From the NCBI GenBank assembly GCA_040400605.1, contig JBBAPZ010000014.1:22752-84071 (forward strand): a stretch of 61,320 bases of DNA, read 5' to 3'. Each line of letters opens with the position of its first letter. The stretch's first letter is position 1. Position numbers and translations under genes: made by a program. The DNA is from Candidatus Sericytochromatia bacterium. Its GTDB lineage: Bacteria; Cyanobacteriota; Sericytochromatia; S15B-MN24; JAQBPE01. The notes beneath the pieces are model-generated. The model was not told the origin of the DNA. It worked only from the letters and a program-made list of their open reading frames with translations, and made no database searches. Positions 39,221 to 50,186 of the stretch are shown here, piece after piece.

Positions 39221-40483
39221 ATGGTGAAACATCCGCTATCGCTGATTTTTTTCGGTTGGATGCTTGTTTTGATGGTAGCCATCGCGCCTGTCATGACAGC
39301 TTCCGCGTTGGCTTTGTCAGCGTCTTGGGATGAAGAAAAGGTGGTTGCTGCCTTTCTTACGAAGAGTCCGATGGTAAAGGCCAATCGAGTCGCTTTGCAG
39401 ATGGCGCAAGCCGACGGCGTGGCGGCGGGGCTTTTGGCAAACCCTGTGCTGGAGGTGGGGCGTGAGCAGATTTTTTCGCCCGGTGGGCCGGCAGAGCAGC
39501 ATCGAATGAGTGTATCGGTGCCCTGGAATGTGGCGAACAAGCTGGAATGGCGGGTGGCGATCGCCCGCAGCGGCGTCAAGGCCGCGCAGGCTCATGTCGC
39601 GCACCAGCTTTTTTTGATGACCCAAGATGTGCGCAGCACCTACGTGCGCGCTCACTTCACTGAGTCAAAGCGCAATGTGTTGCAGGAACACATGCAAACC
39701 TTGGCGCGTCTCAAGCGGGTGCTAACGTTACGCACCCAAAACGGAGAGACGGCTGGATCGGATTTGTTGCTTTTTCAACTGGCTCATATGGCGCTTGAGG
39801 CCCGCGTGGTGCAAGCGCGCACCGATGCGATAGAAAGCCGCGCGAGGTTGTCGGGCTTGCTTGGTCAAACGTTGACGGGTTCGTTGTGCCCGACCCAGGC
39901 TATCCCCGTGATTCCCGAAGCCACGGCGTTGCTTGAACGCGCGATGCGCGGCAGACAGGATTTGCTCGCTTTGCGTCTGGAGCGCGAGCGGGCGGCACAA
40001 TCGCTGCAATTGGCGGACACGGGGCGTTTTCCGGATCCTGCGATCGCCCTTGGACTGAAGCAAACCAACGAACCGACGGTTCAAGGCTTGGGGTATAGCG
40101 CGGGCTTGGCTTGGCCAATGCCCGTTTTCAACCGTGGCCAAGGTGAGCAGGCATTGGCCGAAGCGGCACAAGCAGGGCTTGATTCACGCATTGAGGCTTT
40201 GCGCTCACGGTTGCGCACCGAGTTGCCGGAAGCACGGCGGGCGTATGCGGAACGCGTGGCGGCGGCGCAAACCTTTGACCGCCAATTGGAGAACCGTGCG
40301 CAGGTGCTGCTAAAGAGCGCGGAACGGGCGTACCAAGAGGGGGAACAGGGCGTGCGGGCCTTGCTGGATGCGCATCAAACGGTTTTGGATTGTCGCTTGC
40401 AAGGATTAGATCTGGTTTTGGGCGCGTGTCTGGCCCGACTCGACCTGGAGCGGCTGATGGGTTATCGGCTAGGCGATCGCTAA
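39221..40483 (+). CDS. TolC/CzcC outer-membrane efflux protein
   Basis: ANPVL, PMPVFNRGQG, AYQEGE; first gene of the RND operon. Confidence 0.9.
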   Translation: MVKHPLSLIFFGWMLVLMVAIAPVMTASALALSASWDEEKVVAAFLTKSPMVKANRVALQMAQADGVAAGLLANPVLEVGREQIFSPGGPAEQHRMSVSVPWNVANKLEWRVAIARSGVKAAQAHVAHQLFLMTQDVRSTYVRAHFTESKRNVLQEHMQTLARLKRVLTLRTQNGETAGSDLLLFQLAHMALEARVVQARTDAIESRARLSGLLGQTLTGSLCPTQAIPVIPEATALLERAMRGRQDLLALRLERERAAQSLQLADTGRFPDPAIALGLKQTNEPTVQGLGYSAGLAWPMPVFNRGQGEQALAEAAQAGLDSRIEALRSRLRTELPEARRAYAERVAAAQTFDRQLENRAQVLLKSAERAYQEGEQGVRALLDAHQTVLDCRLQGLDLVLGACLARLDLERLMGYRLGDR

Positions 40484-40497
40484 AGGAAGCACACCTC

Positions 40498-42066
40498 ATG
40501 TCACACCCACTGCTGCCGTCCGTCATTACAACCACGCTGCTCGTGTCAGGGTGTTTTTTTGAACGCAGCACCGAACAGGCGACGTTGCCCAATCCCTCAG
40601 GGCTCGCCTCAGCCGCGCTCATGGACAGGCACACGCAGTTCACCGCACGTACGGAATTTTTTGTTGAACACCCGCGCCTCGTGGTGGGCCGCCAGGCACG
40701 CTTCGCGGTTCACCTCACGCAATTGCATGATGGCGCGGCAATAACCCAAGGCCAATTGGAGGGGCGGTTGATTCCATCTCACGGTGCCCCTGTCGCCATA
40801 AACGCCGTGCAACCAGCAAAACCTGGTGTGTTCTCGATCATCTTGACGCCGAACCGGGCTGGTGCACATCGTTTGCAGTTACGGCTGAAGACCTCCGACG
40901 GCGGTGATGCCCTTGTATTGGGTGGGGTGCAGGTGTTTGAAGATGACAAGAGTGCCCAGCAGTTTGTCGGACCTGAGGTCGCTACGGATTCAGGAATCGC
41001 GTTTTCCAAGGAGCAGCAATGGGCATTTGGTTGCGTGACGCGGGTGGTTGAAACAGCCGTTCTTGATGCAGGCTTGGACTTGCAAGGCACCGTCAAACCG
41101 GCGGGGGGGCGTGAGGTGATTGTGCCGGCGCCTGCAGAAGGTCGTTTGGTGCCGGGGAAAGGGATTCTACCGGTTTTTGGCGATCGCGTACGCGCAGGGA
41201 GCTTGCTCGCGGTGTTGACGCCAACGGAGGGGACGGTGACGGATCGGGTCAGTTTGCGCGAGGGCCTTCGCGCCGCCAGGGTGACCTTGGCACAGGCACA
41301 GCGGGAGCGTGATCGGGCCAAGCGGCTAATCACGAATCAAGCAGCCCCGCGCAAGCGTTTGGAAGAAGCCGAGATGGCGCTTGCGATCGCTGAGGCCCAC
41401 CACGAAGCGGCAATCCATCACCTGCGGATCAAAGAGGCTGCCTTGAATGGCGATGTCCACGTCACCGAAGAGAGCTACCATCTCCGCGCACCATTGTCGG
41501 GCACCGTCGTTGAAACCAACACCGTCCCCGGTGCGCTTGTGGCACCCGGTGCGACCCTGTACCGTTTGATCGATCTTGGCAACGTCTGGATCGAAGCGCG
41601 CGTACCAGAAGCCTTCCTGAACGCCGTCGCAAGTGCGCAAAACGCTGAAATCGCCGTGGCTGGCGCCCCCACCATCCGTGTGCAACAAGGCCACGGCAAG
41701 CTCGTCACGGTGGGTAGCGTATTGGATCCAGTCACCCGCACGGCACCCATTGTTTATGCGGTTCGAAACCCTGACGGCACCTTTCGGATCGGGATGAGTG
41801 CCACCATCCGTGCCTTAACAGGCAAAACGCCACCGGGCCCAGTCATTCCGGACAGCGCACTCGTAGATGAAAACGGCGCACCAACCGTCTACGTACAAAA
41901 GACAGGAGAACACTTCGAACGCCGTCGCTTACAACTGGGCGTCAGACAAAACAAACGGGTGCAAGTGCTTTCTGGACTGAAAACCGGGGAGCGCGTGGTA
42001 ACCAAAGGGGCTTACGAGTTGCGTCTGTCAACCCTCACCAATGCCTTGCCGGCTCACGAACACTAG
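40498..42066 (+). CDS. RND periplasmic adaptor (CzcB/CusB-like) lipoprotein
   Basis: Lipobox VSGC, LRAPLSGTV, LDPVTRT, GLKTGERVVTKGAY, C-terminal HEH. Confidence 0.92.
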   Translation: MSHPLLPSVITTTLLVSGCFFERSTEQATLPNPSGLASAALMDRHTQFTARTEFFVEHPRLVVGRQARFAVHLTQLHDGAAITQGQLEGRLIPSHGAPVAINAVQPAKPGVFSIILTPNRAGAHRLQLRLKTSDGGDALVLGGVQVFEDDKSAQQFVGPEVATDSGIAFSKEQQWAFGCVTRVVETAVLDAGLDLQGTVKPAGGREVIVPAPAEGRLVPGKGILPVFGDRVRAGSLLAVLTPTEGTVTDRVSLREGLRAARVTLAQAQRERDRAKRLITNQAAPRKRLEEAEMALAIAEAHHEAAIHHLRIKEAALNGDVHVTEESYHLRAPLSGTVVETNTVPGALVAPGATLYRLIDLGNVWIEARVPEAFLNAVASAQNAEIAVAGAPTIRVQQGHGKLVTVGSVLDPVTRTAPIVYAVRNPDGTFRIGMSATIRALTGKTPPGPVIPDSALVDENGAPTVYVQKTGEHFERRRLQLGVRQNKRVQVLSGLKTGERVVTKGAYELRLSTLTNALPAHEH

Positions 42067-42075
42067 GGGCCTGAG

Positions 42076-45000
42076 ATGCTGGATCGCGTCATTCATTGGT
42101 CGCTCAACAACCGGATGGTTGTTTTGGCGTTGGCGCTTGTGTTGGTGGTGTGGGGCATTTGGACAACCGTGCGGATGCCCATTGATGTTTTTCCTGATCT
42201 CACGGCGCCCACGATCACGATTATCGCCGACGCGCACAGTCTCGCGACCGAAGAGGTGGAAACTCTGGTCACTTTGCCCATCGAAACGGCGTTGAATGGG
42301 GTAACGGGTGTCAGGCGGGTGCGCTCCAGTTCGGCGCCAGGCGTTGCAATTGTTTACGTGGAATTCGAGTGGGACACCGACATTTTCCGTGCCCGCCAAC
42401 TCGTCAACGAGAAATTGCAGGTCGCACGGAGCAGTTTGCCGCCGGATCTGCCATCGCCGGTACTGGCGCCCATATCCTCAATCATGGGCGAGATCATGTT
42501 CATAGCGATGAAGGCTGACAATCCCGCGATCTCGCCTTTGCTGGTACGGTCCACTGCGGATTGGGTGGTGCGACGACGCCTGCTTGCCATACCGGGCGTG
42601 TCACAGGTAATTCCCATCGGCGGGGATGTCAAGCAGGTGCAGGTTTTGGTGGATCCCACCCGGTTGATGACGCGCGGGCTGACGCTCAAACAGGTAACAG
42701 ATGCGCTGCGAAACAGCAATCAAAACGTGTCGGGCGGCTTTTTGGATCACGGGGGCCAAGCGTACATGATCCGGGGCTTCGGCCGTGTGCAGCGCGCCGA
42801 AGAACTGAAAAACGTTGTTGTCAGCGTCCGGAATGGGACGGCCATGACGGTGGGCGATCTCGCACAGGTGGTCAACGGCGCCGGTCCCAAGTGGGGGGAG
42901 GGTTCACTCAACGGCCAGCCTGCCGTGATTATCGCCATTCTCAAGCAACCGGATGCCAACACCCTGGAATTGACCCGAAGGGTGGATGCCGTCCTCGATG
43001 CGCTGACGCCCTCACTGCCACCGGGTGTCAGCTTGGATCGCCAAAACTTCCGTCAAGCAGATTTTATTGATCGGGCCGTGGGCAACGTCGAAGACGCCCT
43101 CCGCGATGGTGCGATTCTCGTCGTGGCAATCCTCTTTATTTTCCTGCTGAATGCGCGGGCCACGGTGATTTCGTTGCTGGCCATTCCTTTATCCTTGCTG
43201 ACGGCCGTGCTCTGCCTCAAAGCGTTGGGCGGGAGCATCAATACCATGACGCTGGGCGGACTGACGATCGCCATCGGCGCCCTTGTGGATGACGCCATCA
43301 TAGACGTCGAAAACGTGCACCGCCGACTACACGAAGAACGCCTCAAACCCATGTCTGAACAACGGCCTGCACTTTCGGTCATTTACGCGGCCAGTTGCGA
43401 GGTGCGGGGTGCAATTTTTTTCGCCACGCTGATCATCATGCTGGTATTCGTGCCCTTCTTTTTCCTTTCAGGCGTGGAAGGGCGCCTGCTGCAACCACTC
43501 GGCTTCGCTTACATCGTTGCGATCTTCGCTTCACTGGTGGTCGCCTTGACCCTTACACCGGTCGCCTGTTACTACCTGCTGGGCAATCAAGGCGCCCACA
43601 CGTCACGTGGTGACAGTTGGGTGATCAGGGGCCTCAAACGCTTTTACGCTCCCATCTTGAAGTGCGCGATCGCGCATCCGAACTGGGTGCTGGCCATATC
43701 CACCACGGGGTTGATCATCGCGTTAATGACCATTCCGTGGCTTGGGCGCAGTTTCCTGCCAGAATTCAACGAAGGGTCACTAACCATCAACGCCACCACG
43801 TTACCGGGAACGTCGCTCCCCAAATCCGACGAACTCGGGCGGCGCCTGGAGCACATCTTGGGCGAGTTCCCGGAAGTTGTATCCACCTCGCGGCGAACCG
43901 GCCGAGCGGAACTGGATGAACACGCGCAAGGGGTTCATTCATCCGAAATCGATGTGGTGTTTCATCTGGGCGATCGTACGAAAGAGGGCTTTTTAGACGC
44001 ACTGCGTCAAGCGGTCACACCACTGCCGATGCAAATCAATTTCGGCGGTCCATTGGCCCACCGAATCGACCACATGCTGTCTGGCACACGCAGCAATGTC
44101 GCCATCAAGATTTTTGGAGAAGATTTGACTGAACTCCACAACCTTGGCGAACAGGTCGCATTCTCCATCCGCAGGATTCCCGGCGTCGTTGATCTCACCA
44201 CAGAACAACAAATCAACGTTCCCCAACTCGCCATCCGTTACCACCCCAATGCCTTGGCCCGCCACGGCCTCACCACCGGTGACATCGGCCTCAATCTCGA
44301 AACCGCCCTTCAAGGCAGTGTCGTCTCGCGAATGCTGGAAGGCCAAAAAACCCACGACATCGTCGTACGGTTTCCGAGTCGTTATCGCGCCAGCAAAGAA
44401 ACGATTCAAGACCTGTTGATTTCGTTACCAAATGGCGCGTCCGCGCCACTGGCAACCCTTGCAAGCGTTGGCGTTGAGCAGGGGCCAACCCTGATTAACC
44501 GTGAAAACGTGCAGCGCAAACTTGTAGTGTCCTGTAACGTGGCAGGACGGGATCTCGTGGGCACAGTGGCGGATATCCAGGAGGCGATCGGCAAACAGTT
44601 ACGCATTCCGGCCGGTTATCACATCGAATACGGCGGACAGATTGAAAGTGCGGAAACTGCATCACGTGTACTCGGTATCCTGACTACCGGGGTTATTCTC
44701 GGTATCACCGGCTTGTTGATCATCGCCTTGGGCAACTGGCGCTCGGCTCTCATCATCATGGCCAACTTACCCCTCGCCCTCATTGGCGGCATCTTCGCGG
44801 TCCGACTCACTGACGGCATCTTGTCCGTCGCGTCACTCGTCGGATTCATCACCCTGTTCGGCATCGCAACCCGAAACGGTCTCATGCTGGTCAGTCACTA
44901 CCAACACCTCATGATCCACGAAAACGAAGGTGTTCAACCTGCCATCATCCGCGGCTCTTTAGAACGGCTCAGCCCCATCTTGATGACCGCCCTAACAGCG

Positions 45001-45198
45001 GGCTTGGCCCTCATTCCCGTCATCGTCCGCGCCCACGAACCCGGCAACGAAATTCAAGCCCCCATGGCCACAGTCATTCTTGGTGGACTCCTCAGCGCCA
45101 CCTTCTTGAACATGATAGTCATTCCGGCCCTCTACCTCAAATTTGGCCAACCGGAATCCACACGGACGCAATCACCCAACAGCGGTCAGACGAACTGA
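42076..45198 (+). CDS. CusA/CzcA heavy-metal efflux RND permease
   Basis: IDVFPDL, GALVDDAIIDVEN, RLSPILMTA; 1040 aa. Confidence 0.96.
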   Translation: MLDRVIHWSLNNRMVVLALALVLVVWGIWTTVRMPIDVFPDLTAPTITIIADAHSLATEEVETLVTLPIETALNGVTGVRRVRSSSAPGVAIVYVEFEWDTDIFRARQLVNEKLQVARSSLPPDLPSPVLAPISSIMGEIMFIAMKADNPAISPLLVRSTADWVVRRRLLAIPGVSQVIPIGGDVKQVQVLVDPTRLMTRGLTLKQVTDALRNSNQNVSGGFLDHGGQAYMIRGFGRVQRAEELKNVVVSVRNGTAMTVGDLAQVVNGAGPKWGEGSLNGQPAVIIAILKQPDANTLELTRRVDAVLDALTPSLPPGVSLDRQNFRQADFIDRAVGNVEDALRDGAILVVAILFIFLLNARATVISLLAIPLSLLTAVLCLKALGGSINTMTLGGLTIAIGALVDDAIIDVENVHRRLHEERLKPMSEQRPALSVIYAASCEVRGAIFFATLIIMLVFVPFFFLSGVEGRLLQPLGFAYIVAIFASLVVALTLTPVACYYLLGNQGAHTSRGDSWVIRGLKRFYAPILKCAIAHPNWVLAISTTGLIIALMTIPWLGRSFLPEFNEGSLTINATTLPGTSLPKSDELGRRLEHILGEFPEVVSTSRRTGRAELDEHAQGVHSSEIDVVFHLGDRTKEGFLDALRQAVTPLPMQINFGGPLAHRIDHMLSGTRSNVAIKIFGEDLTELHNLGEQVAFSIRRIPGVVDLTTEQQINVPQLAIRYHPNALARHGLTTGDIGLNLETALQGSVVSRMLEGQKTHDIVVRFPSRYRASKETIQDLLISLPNGASAPLATLASVGVEQGPTLINRENVQRKLVVSCNVAGRDLVGTVADIQEAIGKQLRIPAGYHIEYGGQIESAETASRVLGILTTGVILGITGLLIIALGNWRSALIIMANLPLALIGGIFAVRLTDGILSVASLVGFITLFGIATRNGLMLVSHYQHLMIHENEGVQPAIIRGSLERLSPILMTALTAGLALIPVIVRAHEPGNEIQAPMATVILGGLLSATFLNMIVIPALYLKFGQPESTRTQSPNSGQTN

Positions 45199-45540
45199 AA
45201 CATTCGTCACCCGTGCATTCGACCGTCAAACTTACGAAATCCTGAGAATCCAATCGTAGCCTTGTTGCAGAAAATATTCGATCCGCGAAACGCGCCCCTG
45301 TCGGTTCGCAGACGAAGTGCACCCAAACAATTATTGCAACGATGTTTCAAGCATTTTTGGAGTCTCGTGACGGGTCGAACGAGGGGAGAAGCATTTTTGA
45401 CTGGAAGACGTGTCAAACAGGCATGAATGGATGGCATTTCTAGCATCAAACCAAAACGATATGGGGGCAAGCGGCATGTCCACTTGACCCCAATGTGCCC
45501 ATCAACAACTAATCCAGATTGATTCGTCGCTGATCGCCAA

Positions 45541-45876
45541 TTATACGACTGTCACGGCGCCGTGGTCATCGCAATGCTCACCGTGAGCATGATGCAGGCG
45601 ACCATTGACCAAATAGTCGGTGTGATCCCCATGGGGTACCGCTTCGTGGCCACAGTCCGGGCCGTGGCGATGCGCGTCATCACAAGCCGTTGGCACACAA
45701 TCCGCCGGATTTTGCGCATCAACCGCCAAACTGTGTTCATCACAGTGATCACCGTGCGCGTGGTGCAAGTGCCCGTCATGCAAATAATCCACGTGATCCC
45801 CATGCTGAATGGCCGTGTGCCCACACCCTGCGCCATGCTGATGCTCATGGTCGAGATGAACCTGACAATCGCTCAT
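45541..45876 (-). CDS. His/Cys-rich metal-binding protein
   Basis: Two repeats HG..CGH.A..HGDH.DYL..G.LHHAHG.HCD.H; GAGGAGAGG RBS. Confidence 0.88.
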   Translation of the reverse strand: MSDCQVHLDHEHQHGAGCGHTAIQHGDHVDYLHDGHLHHAHGDHCDEHSLAVDAQNPADCVPTACDDAHRHGPDCGHEAVPHGDHTDYLVNGRLHHAHGEHCDDHGAVTVV

Positions 45877-46242
45877 AACACCTCTCCTCTCAATCGTAAT
45901 ATCCACCGTGCTTTGATGGAGCCGAACGTACCGCCGATACCCGTTTCACGAGCAGACGCTCCAAAAGGGCATCTGATGCGGTCGTCGTGCCAAAACTGTT
46001 CGATAAAACAGGCGTGATACCGAGGATTTCCGTCACCCTCTGCCATGCACTATAACAGTTAAAAATTGTCTGACAAGGCCCGCAATGACTCGTTTTCGGA
46101 CGTTTTTCAGCCTTGATGCAAACCCGTTGCATTTCCAGGACACGCGCTTGCGTCGCAGTTTATCACTGAATCATTGCAGCTTCTCACCAAAACAAATGGG
46201 GTCACAGTCAATCCTGTGCAACACCATGACAATAAAAAAGTT

Positions 46243-47337
46243 TCAATCTTTTTGAAGCGCAACCGTGACGCGCTGGTGTTTGATGGGCCTTAAATCATAA
46301 ACCGCAACGCCATGCAAGGCATCGCAGGCGCTAAGCACCACCCGATTGTCGCCTAAGCTGACGACCTGGCCAAGGGTCACGCCGATCGGATTGGGACGTG
46401 TCGCGTGCGGGTCGGCGAAACAACCCCGGATTTCGGTTGTAACGACAGTATATTTGGGATCGAGTCGGTACAGCAACTCGATTTGCTGCCCTGGTTCGAG
46501 GCCCTGGAGATCACGATCATCAAAACGGGCGGGGTCGAGTTCAACCGTTACCAACGACGCGTCGGATGGCTCACTGCGCACGACCCCAACCGGCTGCAGG
46601 GTCGGTTCAACCCTTGGCGCACTGGCACTGCGCCCGAAGCCGGGTTTGGCCAGATAACGCCCACTGGGCGGCCGCAGTGTCAGTAAATCAAGCAAGGCGG
46701 GTACACTGAGCGCAGGGTCATCGAGATAACTTAAATCAAGACCTGGTGCGGATGCTTCGAACATCTGCGTACGCATTTCACCCGGGTCCACGGCGTAGAC
46801 AGACCAGCCCGGATTTTCGAGCGCGAGGGTTGCGGTGAGGTGGTCAAGGGCTGCTTTACTCGCGCCGTAACCACCCCACTCAGGATAGGAGACGGGTGAC
46901 GCATCACTGCTGACATTGATGATGCATGCATCCGGGAGCAAGTGGGGTTGCAGCGTCTGGACCAGTGCCAGCGGGGCGATCGTGTTGATGGCAAAGAGTT
47001 CCTGAAGCGCCTCAGGAGCAAGGTCCAGCAGAGTCGGACGGGGTGTGGGGCCCAAAATGGCTGCGTTGTTGATGAGAACGCTCAGGAGACCGTGTTGGTG
47101 CACACGATTGGCGATGGTCTCGCGGTGGGTGCGTTCCGCCACATCCCCGGCGATCGCATCAACGTAGCCAAATCGCGACAGTTCTATGCAGGTGGCTTCC
47201 AGTTCCGTTAATCCCCGCGCGGTGATGATCACCCGGTAGCCACGTTGGAGGAGGGCTTGAGCGATCGCGCGACCGAACCCCCGCGAAGCCCCCGTCACCA
47301 AGGCAAGCGGTGAAACATCTTGCGACCGTTTCGACAC
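46243..47337 (-). CDS. SDR oxidoreductase fused to a C-terminal TsaA/TrmO(YaeB)-like domain
   Basis: TGASRGFG, NNA, YGASK; then LQPVGVVRS...LQGLE...RPNPIGVT...DALHG.AVYDLRP. Confidence 0.85.
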   Translation of the reverse strand: MSKRSQDVSPLALVTGASRGFGRAIAQALLQRGYRVIITARGLTELEATCIELSRFGYVDAIAGDVAERTHRETIANRVHQHGLLSVLINNAAILGPTPRPTLLDLAPEALQELFAINTIAPLALVQTLQPHLLPDACIINVSSDASPVSYPEWGGYGASKAALDHLTATLALENPGWSVYAVDPGEMRTQMFEASAPGLDLSYLDDPALSVPALLDLLTLRPPSGRYLAKPGFGRSASAPRVEPTLQPVGVVRSEPSDASLVTVELDPARFDDRDLQGLEPGQQIELLYRLDPKYTVVTTEIRGCFADPHATRPNPIGVTLGQVVSLGDNRVVLSACDALHGVAVYDLRPIKHQRVTVALQKD

Positions 47338-47614
47338 GTTTTCCTCTTCACGCACAACAGAAACGAGATTGGTTCGCCACCCAATCACCAAACTGACTGT
47401 TCAAGCATAAGCCAAAAACGAAACAAAACCAAGCAACAACACCGCGAGCAAAAGTGCTTTCGTCGACGATTTATTTACCTGCGACTCGCCGAGCAAGCCA
47501 ACTTAACCAATGGAACTTTAATATCTACACGAATAAAAACAACACCCAATTCACCGCGTCGGCTCACGCAGAAAAGATAGCCCCATTGCCCGTAAATTTA
47601 AAAACCCACTCCAC

Positions 47615-47875
47615 CTACGGCTGACTATCACGCTGAAAACCACGAATCAACTCAGGAAGCTCGATCGTCCCATTCTTGTTGCCGTCATTCTCAGCCCAGA
47701 ATTTATCGGTGCGCGAACGACGTTCACTCACGCTAACGGAATCCGCGAACAAAGCCTCATACTCCTGCTTGGTGAGTTTTTCGTCTTTGGGCTTGGTGTC
47801 CGCCAACTTGAAGCTAAACTTCGCAAACTGTGTTACTGTGCTATCGGCTCCAGTGTTAACCTTCTTAATGCTCAT
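47615..47875 (-). CDS. Small EF-hand protein
   Basis: DTKPKDEKLTKQEY and DGNKNGTIELPEL loops; GGGGAGG RBS. Confidence 0.75.
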   Translation of the reverse strand: MSIKKVNTGADSTVTQFAKFSFKLADTKPKDEKLTKQEYEALFADSVSVSERRSRTDKFWAENDGNKNGTIELPELIRGFQRDSQP

Positions 47876-48392
47876 TGTGGTACCTCCCCAACATTCAAGC
47901 CACGCTCAAACAATCACTTCGATTTAAAACACCGACTTTAAAAACGATGAATCAGATATCGAAAAATGAATGAAGATCCTGAAGTTAATATTGAGTTAAT
48001 TTAAGGCAACCATGCTAGGGGCAGTATGAATCAGCGGGCATGAGCGGATTCCAATCGCTACATCCATCACTTGTTCAAAACGCGGATGGCATCACGAACA
48101 TTTCGTTGGCGTCTTGTTTTTTCCTCGTGGTCGCGACGGCTCAATCACCTCCGGGCGCGAATCGTTGCACATAGGCGGTGGGTGAGGCCTGATTCATCTG
48201 ACCCGTTGAGATGTTGGTCTGTTTTGGAACAGCGCCAACCCTCCGGGGAACTTACGTCTGCAGCACTTCACCGACTTTGAAAGTCGTGGCGAATGCCGAT
48301 TTGGCTTGGATGCGAGAGGCCCATAACAAGCAATTGTTGAGAGTCACGCAGATTCACGTGGCGAATGAACGCGCCTGGGTTAGAATGGAGTT

Positions 48393-49358
48393 ATGGCGCA
48401 CACACACGCTCATCCTCACGCACATCCTGACAGTGCCCCCACCTTGGGCTTCGCGTTGGCCCTGACGGGCATTGTTTTGCTGATCCTTTTAATTGGGGGT
48501 TATTACGCCAACAGCTTGGCTTTGTGGGCGGATGCGGGACACGTTGTCACGGATTTTGCGGCGCTAGGGCTGTCGTGGTACGCGATGGTCCAGGCGCTGC
48601 GACCGGCGCACCCGGCGCGCAGTTTTGGATACCACCGCACGGGCATTCTGGTTGCGGTGGTCAATGCCTTGAGTTTGCTGTTGATTGCTGTGGTGATTGG
48701 GATTGAGGCATATCAGCGGGTCTGGGTGCCGGAGCCGGTGCAAAGTCAAGTCATGGTGGTTGCTGCGGGTTTGGGGCTTGCGATCAATTTGGTGATTGCG
48801 CAGCGACTGCATGCGCATCAACACGGCAACCTGAACATGCGCTCCGCGTATCTGCACGTTTTTGGGGATGCGCTGGCGTCATTGGGGGTGATCGTGGGTG
48901 CAGTGGTGATTGGCTTGACTGGCTGGCTGTGGATTGATCCCTTGCTGTCCGCATTCATCGCCGCTTTCATCGCGGTGGGTGCCTATCAAGTCCTGGATGA
49001 AAGCGTCGACATTTTGATGGAGGGTGCGCCATCGGGCATTGATCCAGAGGCCGTGCGTCAAGCACTATTGGAAATTGATGGCGTACAAGCCGTGCATGAG
49101 CTCCATCTCTGGAGCATCGCGCAACATTTGCCTTCGTTAAGCTGTCATGTCGTGATTGACCCGGCACAGGCTTCCAGAGGCGTCGACATCAGTGCCGCGT
49201 GCGGTGACATCTTGGCCGAGCGTTTCAAGCTCTTTCATACAACCATTCAAGTTGAGACCCATCACTGTCATTCATCCGAAGTTGATTGTAAGCTGGCAGC
49301 GATGGGCGGATACCACGGAGGGCATCCGCACGGTCACAGGCACAGTCACGATGGGTAA
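48393..49358 (+). CDS. Cation diffusion facilitator (ZitB/CzcD-like)
   Basis: SLALWADAGHVVTD, SFGYHR, HVFGD, His-rich termini. Confidence 0.95.
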   Translation: MAHTHAHPHAHPDSAPTLGFALALTGIVLLILLIGGYYANSLALWADAGHVVTDFAALGLSWYAMVQALRPAHPARSFGYHRTGILVAVVNALSLLLIAVVIGIEAYQRVWVPEPVQSQVMVVAAGLGLAINLVIAQRLHAHQHGNLNMRSAYLHVFGDALASLGVIVGAVVIGLTGWLWIDPLLSAFIAAFIAVGAYQVLDESVDILMEGAPSGIDPEAVRQALLEIDGVQAVHELHLWSIAQHLPSLSCHVVIDPAQASRGVDISAACGDILAERFKLFHTTIQVETHHCHSSEVDCKLAAMGGYHGGHPHGHRHSHDG

Positions 49359-49465
49359 ACGCGTTGATTGGTGTGCAAATTTTATCTGTCGTCAGACAGC
49401 GTTCCCATATAAAGGCGAAACACTTGTTATTTTGAGAGCGCTGATGTCAGATTGTCCAAGGAGGA

Positions 49466-50176
49466 ATGCGCGTGTACGTCGTGATTGCAGGGGGTGGGTT
49501 GATGGGCTTGGCCTTGGCTGAGCAGTTGATTGCCCATCAACATGATGTTTTGATCATCGACCCGGACCCAAAGGTTTGCGATTATGCCCAGACCGAACTC
49601 GGGGCGATGGTGGCGGTTGGCTCGGCGACCAGCACCAAGGTGCTTGAATCAATCGGCATTCGCCGTGCGGACATTGCGGTGGCGATGATGCGGGATGACG
49701 CGGACAATCTGGCGTTTATTTTACTGAGTAAAAACTACGGGGTGGCGAGGCGGCTTGTGCGGATGCGTGAGGCGGATTTCAAGGAGCCGTATTTATTGGC
49801 CGGGGCGACGATGATTGCGAGTTCGGTCAATCCGTTGATCGATCAATTGATGGTCAGCATCGAGTTTCCGGAAATTCGCGCGCTCATGCGCATCGGCAAA
49901 GGCAACATCGATGTCTTCGAATTGCTCGTACCCGCCAGCGCACAAATCGCCGGCATGACGGTTGAAAGCATCGTCAACACCATGGGCTTGCCGCCGACTT
50001 GTAATTTTGTCGCGGTCGAAACGCCAAGCGGTCAAGTTGAAATTGCACGCGGGCAAACGGTTGTACACCCCAACACCACGGTGATCATGCTCGCGATGGA
50101 AGTGGACCTCGGCCTCATCATCCGGCTCCTCTCCAGACCCCGACGCACATTTGGCGGACACACCGGGATATTATGA
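49466..50176 (+). CDS. trkA: TrkA/KtrA potassium uptake regulatory subunit
   Basis: IAGGGLMG Rossmann (RCK_N) plus TrkA_C domain. Confidence 0.88.
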   Translation: MRVYVVIAGGGLMGLALAEQLIAHQHDVLIIDPDPKVCDYAQTELGAMVAVGSATSTKVLESIGIRRADIAVAMMRDDADNLAFILLSKNYGVARRLVRMREADFKEPYLLAGATMIASSVNPLIDQLMVSIEFPEIRALMRIGKGNIDVFELLVPASAQIAGMTVESIVNTMGLPPTCNFVAVETPSGQVEIARGQTVVHPNTTVIMLAMEVDLGLIIRLLSRPRRTFGGHTGIL

Positions 50177-50186
50177 CAAAAGGTAT

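Noticed and set aside
48180..48390. NiCo (czcD) riboswitch upstream of the CDF gene
   Set aside because: Only a small CGACTTT/AAAGTCG hairpin; the four-way-junction consensus is not recognisable
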